Positions 12,779 through 24,548 of a stretch of 64,000 nt of DNA are shown here, piece after piece (position 1 is the stretch's first letter; each line of letters begins with the position of its first letter). A model generated the notes under the pieces. It saw only the letters and a list, made by a program, of their open reading frames with translations, made no database searches and was not told where the DNA came from. The position numbers and the translations under genes were made by a program. This DNA is from Eledone cirrhosa (taxonomy: Eukaryota): assembly GCA_964016885.1 (NCBI GenBank), contig OZ024742.1, positions 127,720,001 through 127,784,000 on the forward strand, written 5' to 3'.

Positions 12779-13440
12779 TCTACTATCGCGCTCCCAGCAA
12801 TACGCCACTGCCTACTATCGCACTTCCAGCAATACACCCCTGCCTACTGTCGTATAAAAGGATGGACGTATTGTTCTCTCTCTTTCACTCTTAAAATGAA
12901 TAAATGAATAAAAAAGAACGGAATGGTCACGGCTGGTATAATTTTGATAACAAAGTCTGCCCGATCAAAGTTGACCTGGTCCGAAATAATAACAATTCAA
13001 CTTCGTTTTCTTATTTAAAAAGAATATTGTTCACATTGAACTACATCATTATCCATAAAAAATAAGAGAATCTAGTGAAAAAAAGCACCTTTTATTTAGT
13101 ATATATTATCTTCAGTTACGTATTCATTAAATTCTCCGAACAGCTTATAAATATATAATTTAAATTGAGATTAACATTAAGTGTGTTTCACGGTCTCACA
13201 CAACCAGGGGTGCGGGAGCTTTCCTTTAATACTTTTTGAGGCAAGCCAACACTGGCAACGACGAAGGTGTAATCATGGGGAAGAAATGTGTTAAGTTTAA
13301 GATTTGAGTTGTTGCCCTTCTTATTTCTTTACTACTTAACTTGTTGAACCCGGAACAAACAGAAATTTATTAAGTTATTATTGAAGACAGGTGTCTTCTT
13401 AATCTGTTTCGTGAACTTTCTCGTTCAACTTGCTGGAATA

Positions 13441-13502
13441 ATGAACGAAATTTTAATCAGAACCAATCGAAGTTTTTATAATGTCGGAGATACAGTTTAC
13501 GG
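13441..13502 (+). CDS. Arrestin N-domain-like protein, coding exon 1 (MNEILIRTNRSFYNVGDTVYG)
   Basis: ATG at 13441, donor GTAAAA at 13503, phase 2; YxxGDTVxG is typical of the first strands of alpha-arrestins; phase matches exon 2. Confidence 0.7.
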
Positions 13503-14572
13503 GTAAAAACACTATATAATTATTTTGTTATTTCTATTGTTATTTAGGCTTAGACCAACCCTGATGATCAAAAGTATTCCAACTGATTATGTCATATCTT
13601 TTGGGGTGTGTAGGACCGCCTACATTATCTAGTGTGTCATACACTATTTAAAAATTGTGTGATATTATTTGAGGTAGATTTGGCTGCTATTTCTACTAAC
13701 ATGAGCGACTATGCAGAGGCTTCGTTTGCTCGTTTCTATTGTATTGCTTTCTTTATTGTTTTTCTCCTTCTCTATTTAGACGTCAATTCCAGGGTGAGGC
13801 TGTCTCACTCAAACATCAGTAATGAAAGTTGTTATTTTAATGATACATAAATATAGATTAAAATGCTTCTAGTAAAGTAAATTTAGTTGACCAAATTATT
13901 GTTGTTTAGCCCCAGGTCAAACTTGATTCAGCAGTGCTATGATCAAAGATATTCTGTGCCCACCACGCCTGTTTAGGGATGTGTAGGATGGCATTAACCA
14001 GTGGGTGATTTGAGGTAGATTTGGCTGCTTTTTCTAGCAAGAGCACGACCATATAGAAACGCTTCTTTATTAGCTCGTTTCTATTGTTTAGCTCCAGGTC
14101 AACTCTGATCGAGCAGAACGAATTTTAGTCATAACAATTTCGTCTAGAACATTTATTAGATTAAGCATAGATATTTTGTGTGTGTGTGTGACTCTTATTC
14201 GTTTTAATGTGGACCTTTAAAACGCCCTCTTATTTTATTATGCATTAAAAAAAAACAAGTCTTTTTAATTTCTGATTGTCAGAGTTGGGAAAAATTAATT
14301 TGAATTATAAAAAAAATATTAATTTTTTTTAAATATCAGAAGCTGATTAGAATTAAAGAATTTATAGAAGCCGAATTTTTTTTTTAATATATAAATATAT
14401 TTCATTTGCAGTTTAGGTGCATAAATATTCTGTGATTGTATTTGTAATTATATTTTCATCCTTCGTGTAAATTGAAACTGAAACAACAGCATTTTAAACT
14501 GTATAGCTATACATCACCATCATCGTTTTTACGTCCGTTTTTCCACACTTGTATGGTGTATATATATATATA

Positions 14573-14978
14573 TATATTAATAAGAGGAATTCCAACTTTG
14601 TCTGATTTACTCGTTTTATTTACAATCCTTTAAAATATATATAATGGTATTATAATGAAATAGTATGATAGAATATTAAATTCTAAGTGTTAATTGAACA
14701 AGTACTTTCATGCTTTCGCAATCTTCAGGTTCATGATATGTGGTGACAGTCGAGTTTGCAATTTTCAACTGTCAGTTTTCAGTTGAAAATTGCAAACTCG
14801 ACTGTCACCACATATCATGAACCTGAAGATTGCGAAAGCATGAAAGTACTTGTTCAATTAACACTTAGAATTTAATATTCTATCATACTATTTCATTATA
14901 ATACCATTATATATATTTTAAAGGATTGTAAATAAAACGAGTAAATCAGACAAAGTTGGAATTCCTCTTATTAATATA
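14573..14978. repeat. Inverted repeat with 199-bp arms and an 8-nt spacer (probably PLE pLTR-derived)
   Basis: 14573-14771 reads as the reverse complement of 14780-14978 with no mismatch seen by eye; spacer TCAGTTTT. Confidence 0.95.
14818..14856 (+). ncRNA. Minimal type I hammerhead ribozyme (mirror copy at 14695-14733, minus strand)
   Basis: TGAAC-CTGAAGA-tTGC[GAAA]GCAt-GAAA-GTAC-TT-GTTCA: 5-bp stem I, CUGANGA and GAAA cores, GNRA-capped stem II, palindromic stem III. Confidence 0.75.
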
Positions 14979-15026
14979 ATCTTCTATACACAATCATACA
15001 CACCCGTGTATATTTACCTATCTATA

Positions 15027-15063
<37 letters not shown>

Positions 15064-15367
15064 GTTTCTGTGTATATTTAGCGACGGTGATATGAGTTTT
15101 TGGTTTGTTGTTGCCTGGTTGATTCGTTCATTTGTAGTAGTAACTGTAGTTCTGATGAGTGGGTAGCTTGTTGGTTGAATAATGACAAGTAAGTAAGTGA
15201 AGTTTGTCTCAGTGAGTCAAGAAAAGCTATGCCATATTCAAGGAAACAAATTGTACTTGCTTGTTCTGGTGTGCAGTGATATTACCATGTGGAAGTTGAT
15301 TTTCCCATAATACATGGATAAGCATAAACAAATGAACAAGATATTGCTAATTTTAATGTTTTTTATT

Positions 15368-16365
15368 TATAATAATAATGAAATTATTGTGTACAGTGCT
15401 CAGGTGCATTACAACTCGTCAAAGGTACATGTATAGTACATGGAATAATGTACAAATGTCAGGAAAGGGAACAGTGTATGAGTCATGATATACATGTGTG
15501 TGTGTGAATGGAGGGGGAATATTTGGTGTAGTGTTGGCGAATTTCAGGATGCAATATCTCGACAGCTAACAACTGTTGCGGGTAGTTTGTTCCATGGAAG
15601 TTTTAAAGAATGCAATGTCTCGACAGCTAATAACTGATGCAGGTAGTTTGTTCCATGCTTCAGCAACTCTGAGCATGAAAAAATGTTTCCGAAAGTCATG
15701 GGAGCTGTGCTCTTTTCTGACTTTGTAGGCATGTTCATGTGTGTTAGACACATGGAATTCAAAAAGGTGCTCAGGGTTGTTGTTAGTAAGATGGTTAATA
15801 ATTTTCTGGGTGTTTACCAAGTCAGTTGCCAGACGTCTGAGCTTCAATGTATCCATGTCCAGGGAAGCAAGGCATTAAGAGTATGGTAGATGCCTGATGG
15901 AGGGTATTTGCTTGGTTGCACATCTCTGAAGTTTCCAGGAGGTCAATGTTTTGAGCAAGATAGGGGTTCCAGACTGGTGATGCAAATTCTAAGTGTGGCC
16001 GCACCATAGCTATATACAGCTTTAAATAGATAGCTGGAGAGCGGCTGACAAAGGTCTTGTTGAGTGATGCTAAGACACCCTCGGCCTTCTTGACAATTTT
16101 AGAGATGTGCTTTGTCCAACGCAAATTGCTGCTGACAGTCATGTTCACAAGAAGGCTTCTTGATATTAGTGTTGTGGAGGGAGTATGTGGATGCTGGGTT
16201 TTTCCTCCCAAAATGCAAGGTGGTACACTTGTCCACAGCCAGCTTGAGTTGCCAGTCTGTGATCCATTGCTGCAGTGTGTCCAGGTCTGATTGCAGGAAA
16301 GAGCTATAGTGTTCAGGATCTGTCCTTTTTATCTCAAGGTACAGCTCGATGTCATCTGCATATTT
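15368..16365 (-). mobile_element. CR1-clade LINE 3' fragment
   Basis: YADD...LQSDLDTLQQW...LKLAVDKC; LYIAMVRPHLEFASPVWNPY; FFMLRVAEAWNKLP; (ATT)n tail; frameshifted. Confidence 0.8.
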
Positions 16366-16406
16366 CCGAAGTACTATACAGTTGTTTTGATCTGACAAGA
16401 AATAAT

Positions 16407-16592
16407 TGTTTCTACTTTTGGCACAAGGCCAGCAAATACCCAGTACATTACTGGTACTTTATTTTATCGACCTCGTAAGGATGAAAGGCAAAGTTAACCT
16501 CGGCGGGATTTGAATCAGATCATAAAGGGCCGTAACTCTTTGCTGCAAAGCATGGTGTCCGACCATCTACTGATACTGCCAATCCACCACCC
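16407..16592 (-). mobile_element. SINE family A, full length with TSD
   Basis: Exact 18-bp duplication GATCTGACAAGAAATAAT at 16389-16406 and 16593-16610. Confidence 0.9.
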
Positions 16593-17337
16593 GATCTGAC
16601 AAGAAATAATACCACTTATTAGATAAATGGCATCATTAAGATGTTAGGCTCATCACCAGTAGGCAACATCTTACTATAAAAACATTTTGTCTAGGTAATA
16701 TTAACTGATTTTTATATTTCTGCTCCTAACATTTATAGTTTTAGTTGAGCTGACTTATGGACCTAACAAGGAGCTATTTTTAGCTTTCCTGTTGGCCAGC
16801 CTGTATCCTTCTGCTTAAGCACTAGTATACATTTGCTTTCACAATTTGTGATGTGATTGCATGGCTGATGACAGAGCTATGTGTATATACTAAGATGTTG
16901 CCTACTGACAATGAGCCTAACCTTTTAATGATGTCTTTTATCTAATAATGGTAATCAGCATTATTTCTTGTTGGCTTGAAACAGCTGCATAGGTCTTAGG
17001 AATTGGTAGTTACCATCTTCATCTAATTATTTCATTGCTCATTTTCTTGTTTTTCTTGTGCTTTTATATCTATATATCTATACATAGTCTTCGATACATT
17101 TTGTCTGGGCAATATTAACTGATGTCTACATTCTGACTGGTTCTTTTCGGAACTGTTTTGTCATAGAGTGATTGCTAGACAATATGATCGATGTTTCGTG
17201 TATTCATCAAAATTATTCTTGTGTGTGTGTATATATATATATAGGGAAAAGCGGACGTAAAATGATGATGATGATGATATATATATATATATATATATAT
17301 ATCATCAAGAAACGAAGCAGGCTGTGTGGTTACTGTA

Positions 17338-18262
17338 AGTGTAAGATGGTAATATGGACGTAAACAAAAGAAGAAACCCTTCATCAGCTGTTAACTGCAG
17401 ATCATAGATGTTTTGGCACTTAAAACAGGACATTGAAATCGATCAGCAGTGCGCCCAAGGCCTTTTATCAATCAAAAGACCCCGGGGAAAGAAAAGAAAA
17501 GATAGTTAAGAGGAGGAAAAAAGAGGAAAGAGGAAAAAACGAAGTAAACAAACTGAATGGAGGGGGGGGGGGGGCGCAGGACAATGGCACATGCAAGTGA
17601 GTAACTACCATCTTACACTTTGTTTACAGTAACCACACAGTCTGCTTCGTTTCTTGTAATTTTGTATTTACCGCTGTGACCCTCCCCCCTCTACCTGTTT
17701 TGCTCGATCTGTTGTCCCACCACGCTTTCATATCGACTCTCTCCTCTCTCTCCCTTTTCTCTCTCTCTCTTTCTCCCCCTCTCTCTATCCATCTTCTCGT
17801 TTTCGACTTGGTTTCACACATGTCGTAAACCCCTTTTGGATTATCTCCCTTTCCCTTCTCCCTCTCACTTCCGGTTTCTCCGTCTTTCTCTCTCTCTCTC
17901 TCTACACTCACTTTGCTGAGATCGCATGGAAAAAACCTCGCTCTGCAGTTATTTGACTACAGGACTTAAGTCCAATTGGTTCGTTGTAACTTATTCTATT
18001 TTCTCCTCGGTTACTCACTTGCATGTGCCATTGCCCTGCCCCCCTCCATTCGGTTTGTTTACTTCGTTTTTTCCATTTCTTCCTCTCTTTTCACTATCTT
18101 TTCTTTTCTTCCCCTCATGGCCTTTTGATTGATAAAAGACCTTGGGCGCACTGCTGATCGATTTCAATGTCCTGTTTTAAGTGCCAAAACATCTATGATC
18201 TGCAGTTAACAGCTGATGAAGGGTTTCTTCTCTTGTTTACGTCCATATTATCATCTTACACT
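17338..18262. mobile_element. Non-coding element with about 140-bp terminal inverted repeats between (TA)n tracts, probably PLE-derived
   Basis: 17338-17478 vs 18122-18262 are near-perfect inverted repeats and contain CAGCTGATGAAGGG; the PLE assignment is inferred. Confidence 0.55.
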
Positions 18263-18282
18263 ATATATATATATATATATAT

Positions 18283-19478
18283 GATATATTTTCTTTAGGT
18301 CGTTTTGGAAGCCTCAACAATGCAGATGGGTAATTCTCCGGGTGACAAGATCCGGTGGGGAAGAGAGAGATGTAAGTGAATGTAGAATGAGATGTATAGT
18401 GTGTAGAAGAACGTAGGAAAGAGCGTAAACAATAATAACACGAGATAGAGTTACCTTGGGAGAGATTTATTTGTTCCTATATGTCGGATTCACATCCATC
18501 AAGTGGGGGGTTTTCCATCAACACGTCATGTATAAGGTAGAATGTAACAAGTGCAACCACTACTATATAGGTAGCACAATCCGGCCGCTACACATCCGGA
18601 TGAAGGAGCACATCGACACCAGGGCCTCGTCTTTCCAGAAACACATAACCAAATGCGGAAACAAAGACGGAAGGTCAATTGTCACAGTTCTAGTGCCGGA
18701 ACAAAACGTTGGCACATTACAAATCAAAGAAGCACTTTGGATCAAACGCCTAGGGCCACAAATAAATAACCGATCCGAGAGAAGCGAAATGAGGTGGTTG
18801 GTTTAAGTAAACAAACGAGGCAACAACAACACACACACACACACACACACAAGCGAGACAACAACACACGCACACACATAGTAGCATTCCACCATACGAA
18901 TATACTACACTGCTAATACAGACAAACGAGGCAACAACACACGCACACACACACACAAGCAAGACAACAACACACACACACACACAGTAGCATTCACCAA
19001 ACAGGCAGGGAATACTACCACTACCACATACTATTCAACACTGCTAATACAGAAACCAGCATGGGCAGATAATACAATGGATTGACAGCTAACGCCACAC
19101 CACTCCCACAATTAAAAGAACTATTTCGGCTGCCGACCCCATTTCACGCGCGCGCGCGCTCTGCTGAATACCTCAGATATTCAAAACAACGAACAGCGGA
19201 GGACACATATCGCACCTATCCGACAGATACCCCCCTGGAAAACCCCCCAGTTGATGGATGTGAATCCGAAATATAGGGACAATTAAATCTCTCCCAAGGT
19301 AACTCTATTTCGTGTTATTATTTTTATTTTTTACGCTCTTTCCTACGTTCTTCTACACACTATACATCTCATTCTACACTCACTTAGATCTCTCTCGTCA
19401 CCACCGGATCTTGTTACCCGGAGAATTACCCATCTGCATTGTTGAGGCTTACAAAACGACCTAAAGAAAAATATATCT
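18283..19478 (+). mobile_element. 5'-truncated Penelope-like element: GIY-YIG endonuclease end flanked by inverted pLTRs
   Basis: VMYKVECNKCNHYYIGSTIRPLHIRMKEH...IKEALWI...PQIN; 18283-18518 is the inverse of about 19236-19478. Confidence 0.85.
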
Positions 19479-19529
19479 TATTATTCCATAATGCTTCAAA
19501 CAAACTTCAATACTCTCTTATATATATAT

Positions 19530-20692
19530 ATGTATCCCAGTACAACCTGTCTGATGGTCGGGTCGTTGGCGTATGTCAGGTCACCAGTTGGTGCTACTGG
19601 TAACATGTATCCCAGTACAACCTGTCTGATGGTCGGGTCGTTGGCGTATGTCAGGTCACCAGTTGGTGCTACTGGTAACATGTATCCCAGTACAACCTGT
19701 CTGATGGTCGGGTCGTTGGCGTATGTCAGGTCACCAGTTGGTGCTACTGGTAACATGTATCCCAGTACAACCTGTCTGATGGTCGGGTCGTTGGCGTATG
19801 TCAGGTCACCAGTTGGTGCTACTGGTAACATGTATCCCAGTACAACCTGTCTGATGGTCGGGTCGTTGGCGTATGTCAGGTCACCAGTTGGTGCTACTGG
19901 TAACATGTATCCCAGTACAACCTGTCTGATGGTCGGGTCGTTGGCGTATGTCAGGTCACCAGTTGGTGCTACTGGTAACATGTATCCCAGTACAACCTGT
20001 CTGATGGTCGGGTCGTTGGCGTATGTCAGGTCACCAGTTGGTGCTACTGGTAACATGTATCCCAGTACAACCTGTCTGATGGTCGGGTCGTTGGCGTATG
20101 TCAGGTCACCAGTTGGTGCTACTGGTAACATGTATCCCAGTACAACCTGTCTGATGGTCGGGTCGTTGGCGTATGTCAGGTCACCAGTTGGTGCTACTGG
20201 TAACATGTATCCCAGTACAACCTGTCTGATGGTTGGGTCGTTGGCGTATGTCAGGTCACCAGTTGGAGCTACTGGTAACATGTATCCCAGTACAACCTGT
20301 CTGATGGTCGGGTCGTTGCCTATGTCAGGTCACCAGTTGGTGCTACTGGTAACATGTATCCCAGTACAACCTGTCTGATGGTCGGGTCGTTGCCTATGTC
20401 AGGTCACCAGTTGGAGCTACTGGTAACATGTATCCCAGTACAACCTGTCTGATGGTCGGGTCGTTGCCTATGTCAGGTCACCAGTTGGTGCTACTGGTAA
20501 CATGTATCCCAGTACAACCTGTCTGATGGTTGGGTCGTTGGCGTATGTCAGGTCACCAGTTGGTGCTACTGGTAACATGTATCCCAGTACAACCTGTCTG
20601 ATGGTTGGGTCGTTGCCTATGTCAGGTCACCAGTTGGTGCTACTGGTAACATGTATCCCAGTACAACCTGTCTGATGGTCGGGTCGTTGGCG
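19530..20692 (+). repeat. Tandem array of 75/74-bp units (15 full plus 1 partial)
   Basis: Unit ATGTATCCCAGTACAACCTGTCTGATGGTCGGGTCGTTGGCGTATGTCAGGTCACCAGTTGGTGCTACTGGTAAC; units start every 75 bp from 19530 to 20280, then at 20354, 20428, 20502, 20577 and 20651. Confidence 0.97.
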
Positions 20693-20702
20693 ACTAAACT
20701 GG
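20625..20702 (+). ncRNA. Candidate HDV-like ribozyme at an RTE 5' end
   Basis: P1 GGTCACC/GATGGTC, P2 CCAGT/ACTGG, imperfect P3 ACA/TCT with CC in a short loop, P1.1 GG, P4 TCG-TTGG-CGA, J4/2 CTAA; folded by eye only. Confidence 0.5.
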
Positions 20703-20890
20703 CAACCCCACCAAGGATTCTTGGTGAGGAGGGTGACTGGACATCCTGCAGGACTAAAAACAAAACCTGTCAAAGGGCAAAGGAGCTCTTAAGAGTCAAT
20801 GGCCATCCAAAATCACCGGGAGAGATGACCCCTTAGCCTTTGTCAAGGCAGAATTCTAGGAGAAGGAAAACTCTGATATAACACCTGCAA
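20703..20890 (+). mobile_element. RTE-like 5' UTR remnant
   Basis: CTAGGAGAAGGAAAACTCTGA (20856-20876) resembles a motif recurrent in RTE 5' UTRs (recalled, not searched); diverged homologue at 45303-45490. Confidence 0.5.
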
Positions 20891-21261
20891 CTCTCATGGT
20901 ATCCAATGATGTTGACTTGTTCTTCTTTTTGGTAAATATCATCTTGGTTAAGAGAGTGGGACTGGCTTTGTGCAGTGCCTTTTCTCACTATAAAAGCTTC
21001 ACGGCACAGGCATTGCTTTATATCTGCAGATCTCTCTGCACTTGTTATCACATGGTACCATGGGCCCAGCACTATGTGTCAATAATTGTCACAAGTGTAG
21101 TGTTTGTACCAGAGTGTTCAAGTCGCTGGCTGGACTAAAAAGTCACACTCGTTCAGCGTATCGGTAGGAGTTCTCCTACATGGATATAAAGTAGTGGCTG
21201 TACTCGAAAACGAGTTGGGAGCCACCATATATGTATATATATATATGTATATATATATGTA

Positions 21262-21596
21262 GGCACATGGCTTAGTGGTTAGAGCATTGGCCTTGCAATC
21301 GAAAGGTTGTGAGTTCAATTCTTGGACCGGGTGGTGTGTTGTTTCCTTGAGCAAGACACTTTATTTCACATTGCTCCAGTTTACTCAGCTGTAGAAATGA
21401 GATGATAGGGAGTGGGGTCCCTATCATTCCACTGCAAAGTGGTCGTGTAGGTGCCACGGAAAAAAAAAGCACCCAGCACTCACTGTAAATGAGGTTGGTG
21501 TTAGGAAGGGCATCCAGCTGTAGAAATCAAGCCAGAATCAGTTCCCGTTCGACCCTTGCAAGCAGGGAAAAGCGGACATAAAATGATGATGATGAT
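21262..21596 (+). mobile_element. Full-length tRNA-derived CORE-SINE with a bipartite RTE tail
   Basis: A-box TGGCTTAGTGG, B-box GAGTTCAATTC, CORE-like CCTTGAGCAAGACACTT...CAGTTTACTCAGCTGTAGAAATGAG, RTE tail plus (ATG)n. Confidence 0.85.
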
Positions 21597-22267
21597 ATAT
21601 ATATAGAAGGATTTAAATGGATACAGTTTAGTTAAAAGGAATTTATTGACACGTGTTTCTATAACAGTTACATAACCTGAAAACAGCTGCTATCTACAAA
21701 GTATTAGTTATGCAGACATTCAATATTTCAATGTTATTATCAACTGTCATTTCATCGGAATAATTTTACTGACGACCTGTTTGGTTTTTATAGAGAATAT
21801 TAGGAGGTAGGGGTGAAGTTGTTAGAAGAATAGTTGAGGGAGTGGTTTTTTGATAGCAGTGAGAATTTTTGGTGGCAGATTCCCATCTGTGGTTTTGACA
21901 TTTTTATAGAATATATTATTGGTTATTTTTCTAAATCTATAGAAAGATTAGAGATAGTATAGATATGCGTGGTTGGTTTTGTGTCTGCACTTAATTAACA
22001 TTCAGACTTAAATTTTTCTTTCAAGTGTACGTATCCTTTCGCCCACGCATTCACACACAAACATATATGCACACCTCTACAGAATACATATACTCACATA
22101 CACATACTTACATGCTCATACTTACATACATATACACATGCATACATATATATATACACATATATACATGTACATACATACGTGTTCATGTGTATACTTT
22201 TTCATACTCAACTTATCTTTATATACACACGTATAGACACACACATATATACATACATACTCCAGTC

Positions 22268-22308
<41 letters not shown>

Positions 22309-22675
22309 ACTTTAATACATGAATACACTTACATCTAACTATATACATCAAACATATATATATATTTACTTATTTATATACATTTTCACATATATATACA
22401 TACTTATGGTCGCTTTTAGACACATTCATTATAGCATATTTGCACCTATTCTCATCAGCATATATATATATACCAAATTGGTCTGGCTGATGCTATACTT
22501 GCTCAAAGTGCTGCTCACTGGGATCAAATGCCCCAGCAAAATTCTTCCAAACGACACAGTCACCAATGCCTGTACCCTTGTTTTATTTCTTAATTCATTT
22601 AATTATTTATCTATCTTTTTTTTAAATTTTAACAAAACAAAAGAAGTAATTTGTACATTATATTTTCTTTGCTAG

Positions 22676-22749
22676 CCTAGTTTACCTCAATATTGAACAC
22701 CCAACAAATGGACGTGGTGTAAAGATCTCCATATCTGGTCACAGTAAAG
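22676..22749 (+). CDS. Arrestin N-domain-like protein, coding exon 2 (LVYLNIEHPTNGRGVKISISGHSK)
   Basis: Acceptor TTTTCTTTGCTAG, donor GTTAGT, phases 2/1; open and in frame with exons 1 and 3. Confidence 0.75.
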
Positions 22750-22929
22750 GTTAGTATTACTTCCACAGTACAAATATCTTTAGCAATTAGGTGTTGTATC
22801 ATTAATTCAAAGTATGTTGCCTGTATTGTGCTGTTTCTATGTGCTAGACATTATACTGCTACAATGTACATTTCCTCTGCTAGTGTAAGTATATGTACAC
22901 ATATAAACACACACACACACACACATATA

Positions 22930-24548
22930 TATCATCATCATCATCATCATCATCAACGTTTAACGTCCGTGTTCCACGCTTGCATGGGTTTGGACGGGGG
23001 TAGTCCCACTTGAGGCAAGAGTGATTGTCTTGCTCGCATAGGACTGTCTGGCAGGTTTTCTACAGTTGGATGCCCTTCCTAACACCAACCACATTTACAG
23101 TGTGGGTCTGGGAGGTTTTTACCGTGTTGCCTACACGGCCACATTACAGCGTGGACTGTGTGTTTTTTTGTCGTGACACCTACACGATCTCATTTGTTTC
23201 GGCCTCGATGGCGCGGCACCAACATAACTTTACATAGAACGGGGTGGTGTGGATCGGGTGGGGGTGGTGGTGGTGGGACGGGGTGTATTTTGTTAGAGAT
23301 GCCTACTGGCTGGAGTAGGTTTTACTATATATTTAGGTAAGGCGGGTCTTCTCTGTTACTGAGTACCGCCAAAGGTCTCGGTCCAGTGACATTGTCTTGG
23401 AGAGGTGTAAGTGTGTGATGTCGGAGTTTATCAGCTCGTCCCAGGTTTTTCTAGGTCTGCCTATTCCGTGACTACCGTCTATCTTTATTGCCCTGCACTT
23501 TGTTATACAGCTATCGACTTTCATGCGCATCACGTGTCCATACCAACGTAGCCTTCTCTCGAGTAAACAACATCTGATCCCTCTTATCTCTAATTTTTTC
23601 CTTAGTTCGTTTATGCTTTGCCGTTCACGTATATTACTGTTACACATCCAGCGGAGCATGCAAGCTTCGTTCCTCTCTAGTCTGCGTATATCCTCTGCAC
23701 ACAATGCCCAGGTCTCACTGCCATGCAGCATTGCTGTTCGTATGCAGGCATCGTACAACCTGCCTTTCATTTTTAGTGAGAACCCTTTAGCAGCTAATAG
23801 TGGTATAAGCTCTCTGAACTTTTTCCAACCAGTTCTGACTCTAGCTACAGTACTTTCAGAGCACCCTCCCCCACTGCTGATTTTATCGCCCAGGTAACGG
23901 AAGCTGTCCACTATTTCTATAGAACCCTCTGCGCAATTGAAAGAGCTAGTAGTTTGTGGGCACTTGCTGCTACTTATTGCACCAGAGCACCGGCCACATG
24001 TAAAATCTATGTTCTTAGTTAGCTTACCTGTGATCCCACTACATCTTTTATGCACCCATACTTTGCATTTAGGACATAAAATGGAGTTTCTACCTACGCC
24101 TTTCCTACACACCGAGCACGACCATTTCCCAGAAGGGACCGCCGCCTTGTTTTCTTTCCTACAAACTAGTACTTTGGTCTTAGCCAGGTTAATTTTAAGT
24201 CCTTTTGACTCTAGGCCGTGCTTCCATGTTTGGAATTTCTTCTCTAGCTCGGCCATTGATTCCGCTATGAGTGTCAGGTCGTCTGCGTATAGGAGTTCCC
24301 ATGGGCAGCCTGTCTTGAACTCCTCTGTTATAGCCTGAAGGGCAATAATAAATAGTAGTGGACTGAGAACAGAGCCCTGATGGACGCCAACTTTTACGCT
24401 AAACTCTTCACTATATTCGTTGTTAATTCTAACCTTGCTGACTGTTTCTTTATACATGGCTTGTATAGCCCTCACAAGCCATTCGTCAACGCCTAGTTTT
24501 CTAAGAGCCCACCAGATAATGGAGCGGGGGACTCTGTCGAAGGCTTTC
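22930..24548 (-). mobile_element. Young RTE LINE (subfamily 2), 3' part, cut by the assembly gap
   Basis: Open RT frame from the gap to the stop at 23333 ([18 protein letters not shown] finger, FRYLG), about 400-bp 3' UTR, (GAT)n tail. Confidence 0.92.

Noticed and set aside
15152-15235. CTGATGA hammerhead-like start
   Set aside because: No convincing stem II or stem III geometry
19245-19280. Hammerhead in the 18.3-19.5 kb PLE pLTR
   Set aside because: A GGAT/ATCC stem plus GAAA is present, but neither copy has a CUGANGA core
19491-20378. 295-aa and 261-aa repetitive ORFs, or a CRISPR-like array
   Set aside because: They are by-products of a 75-bp unit and are broken by the 74-bp units; there are no unique spacers or cas genes, and the DNA is eukaryotic
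21262-21330. tRNA gene (also at 38920, 54929 and the SINE-A heads)
   Set aside because: A and B boxes are present but the cloverleaf is not intact and the sequence continues into SINE bodies
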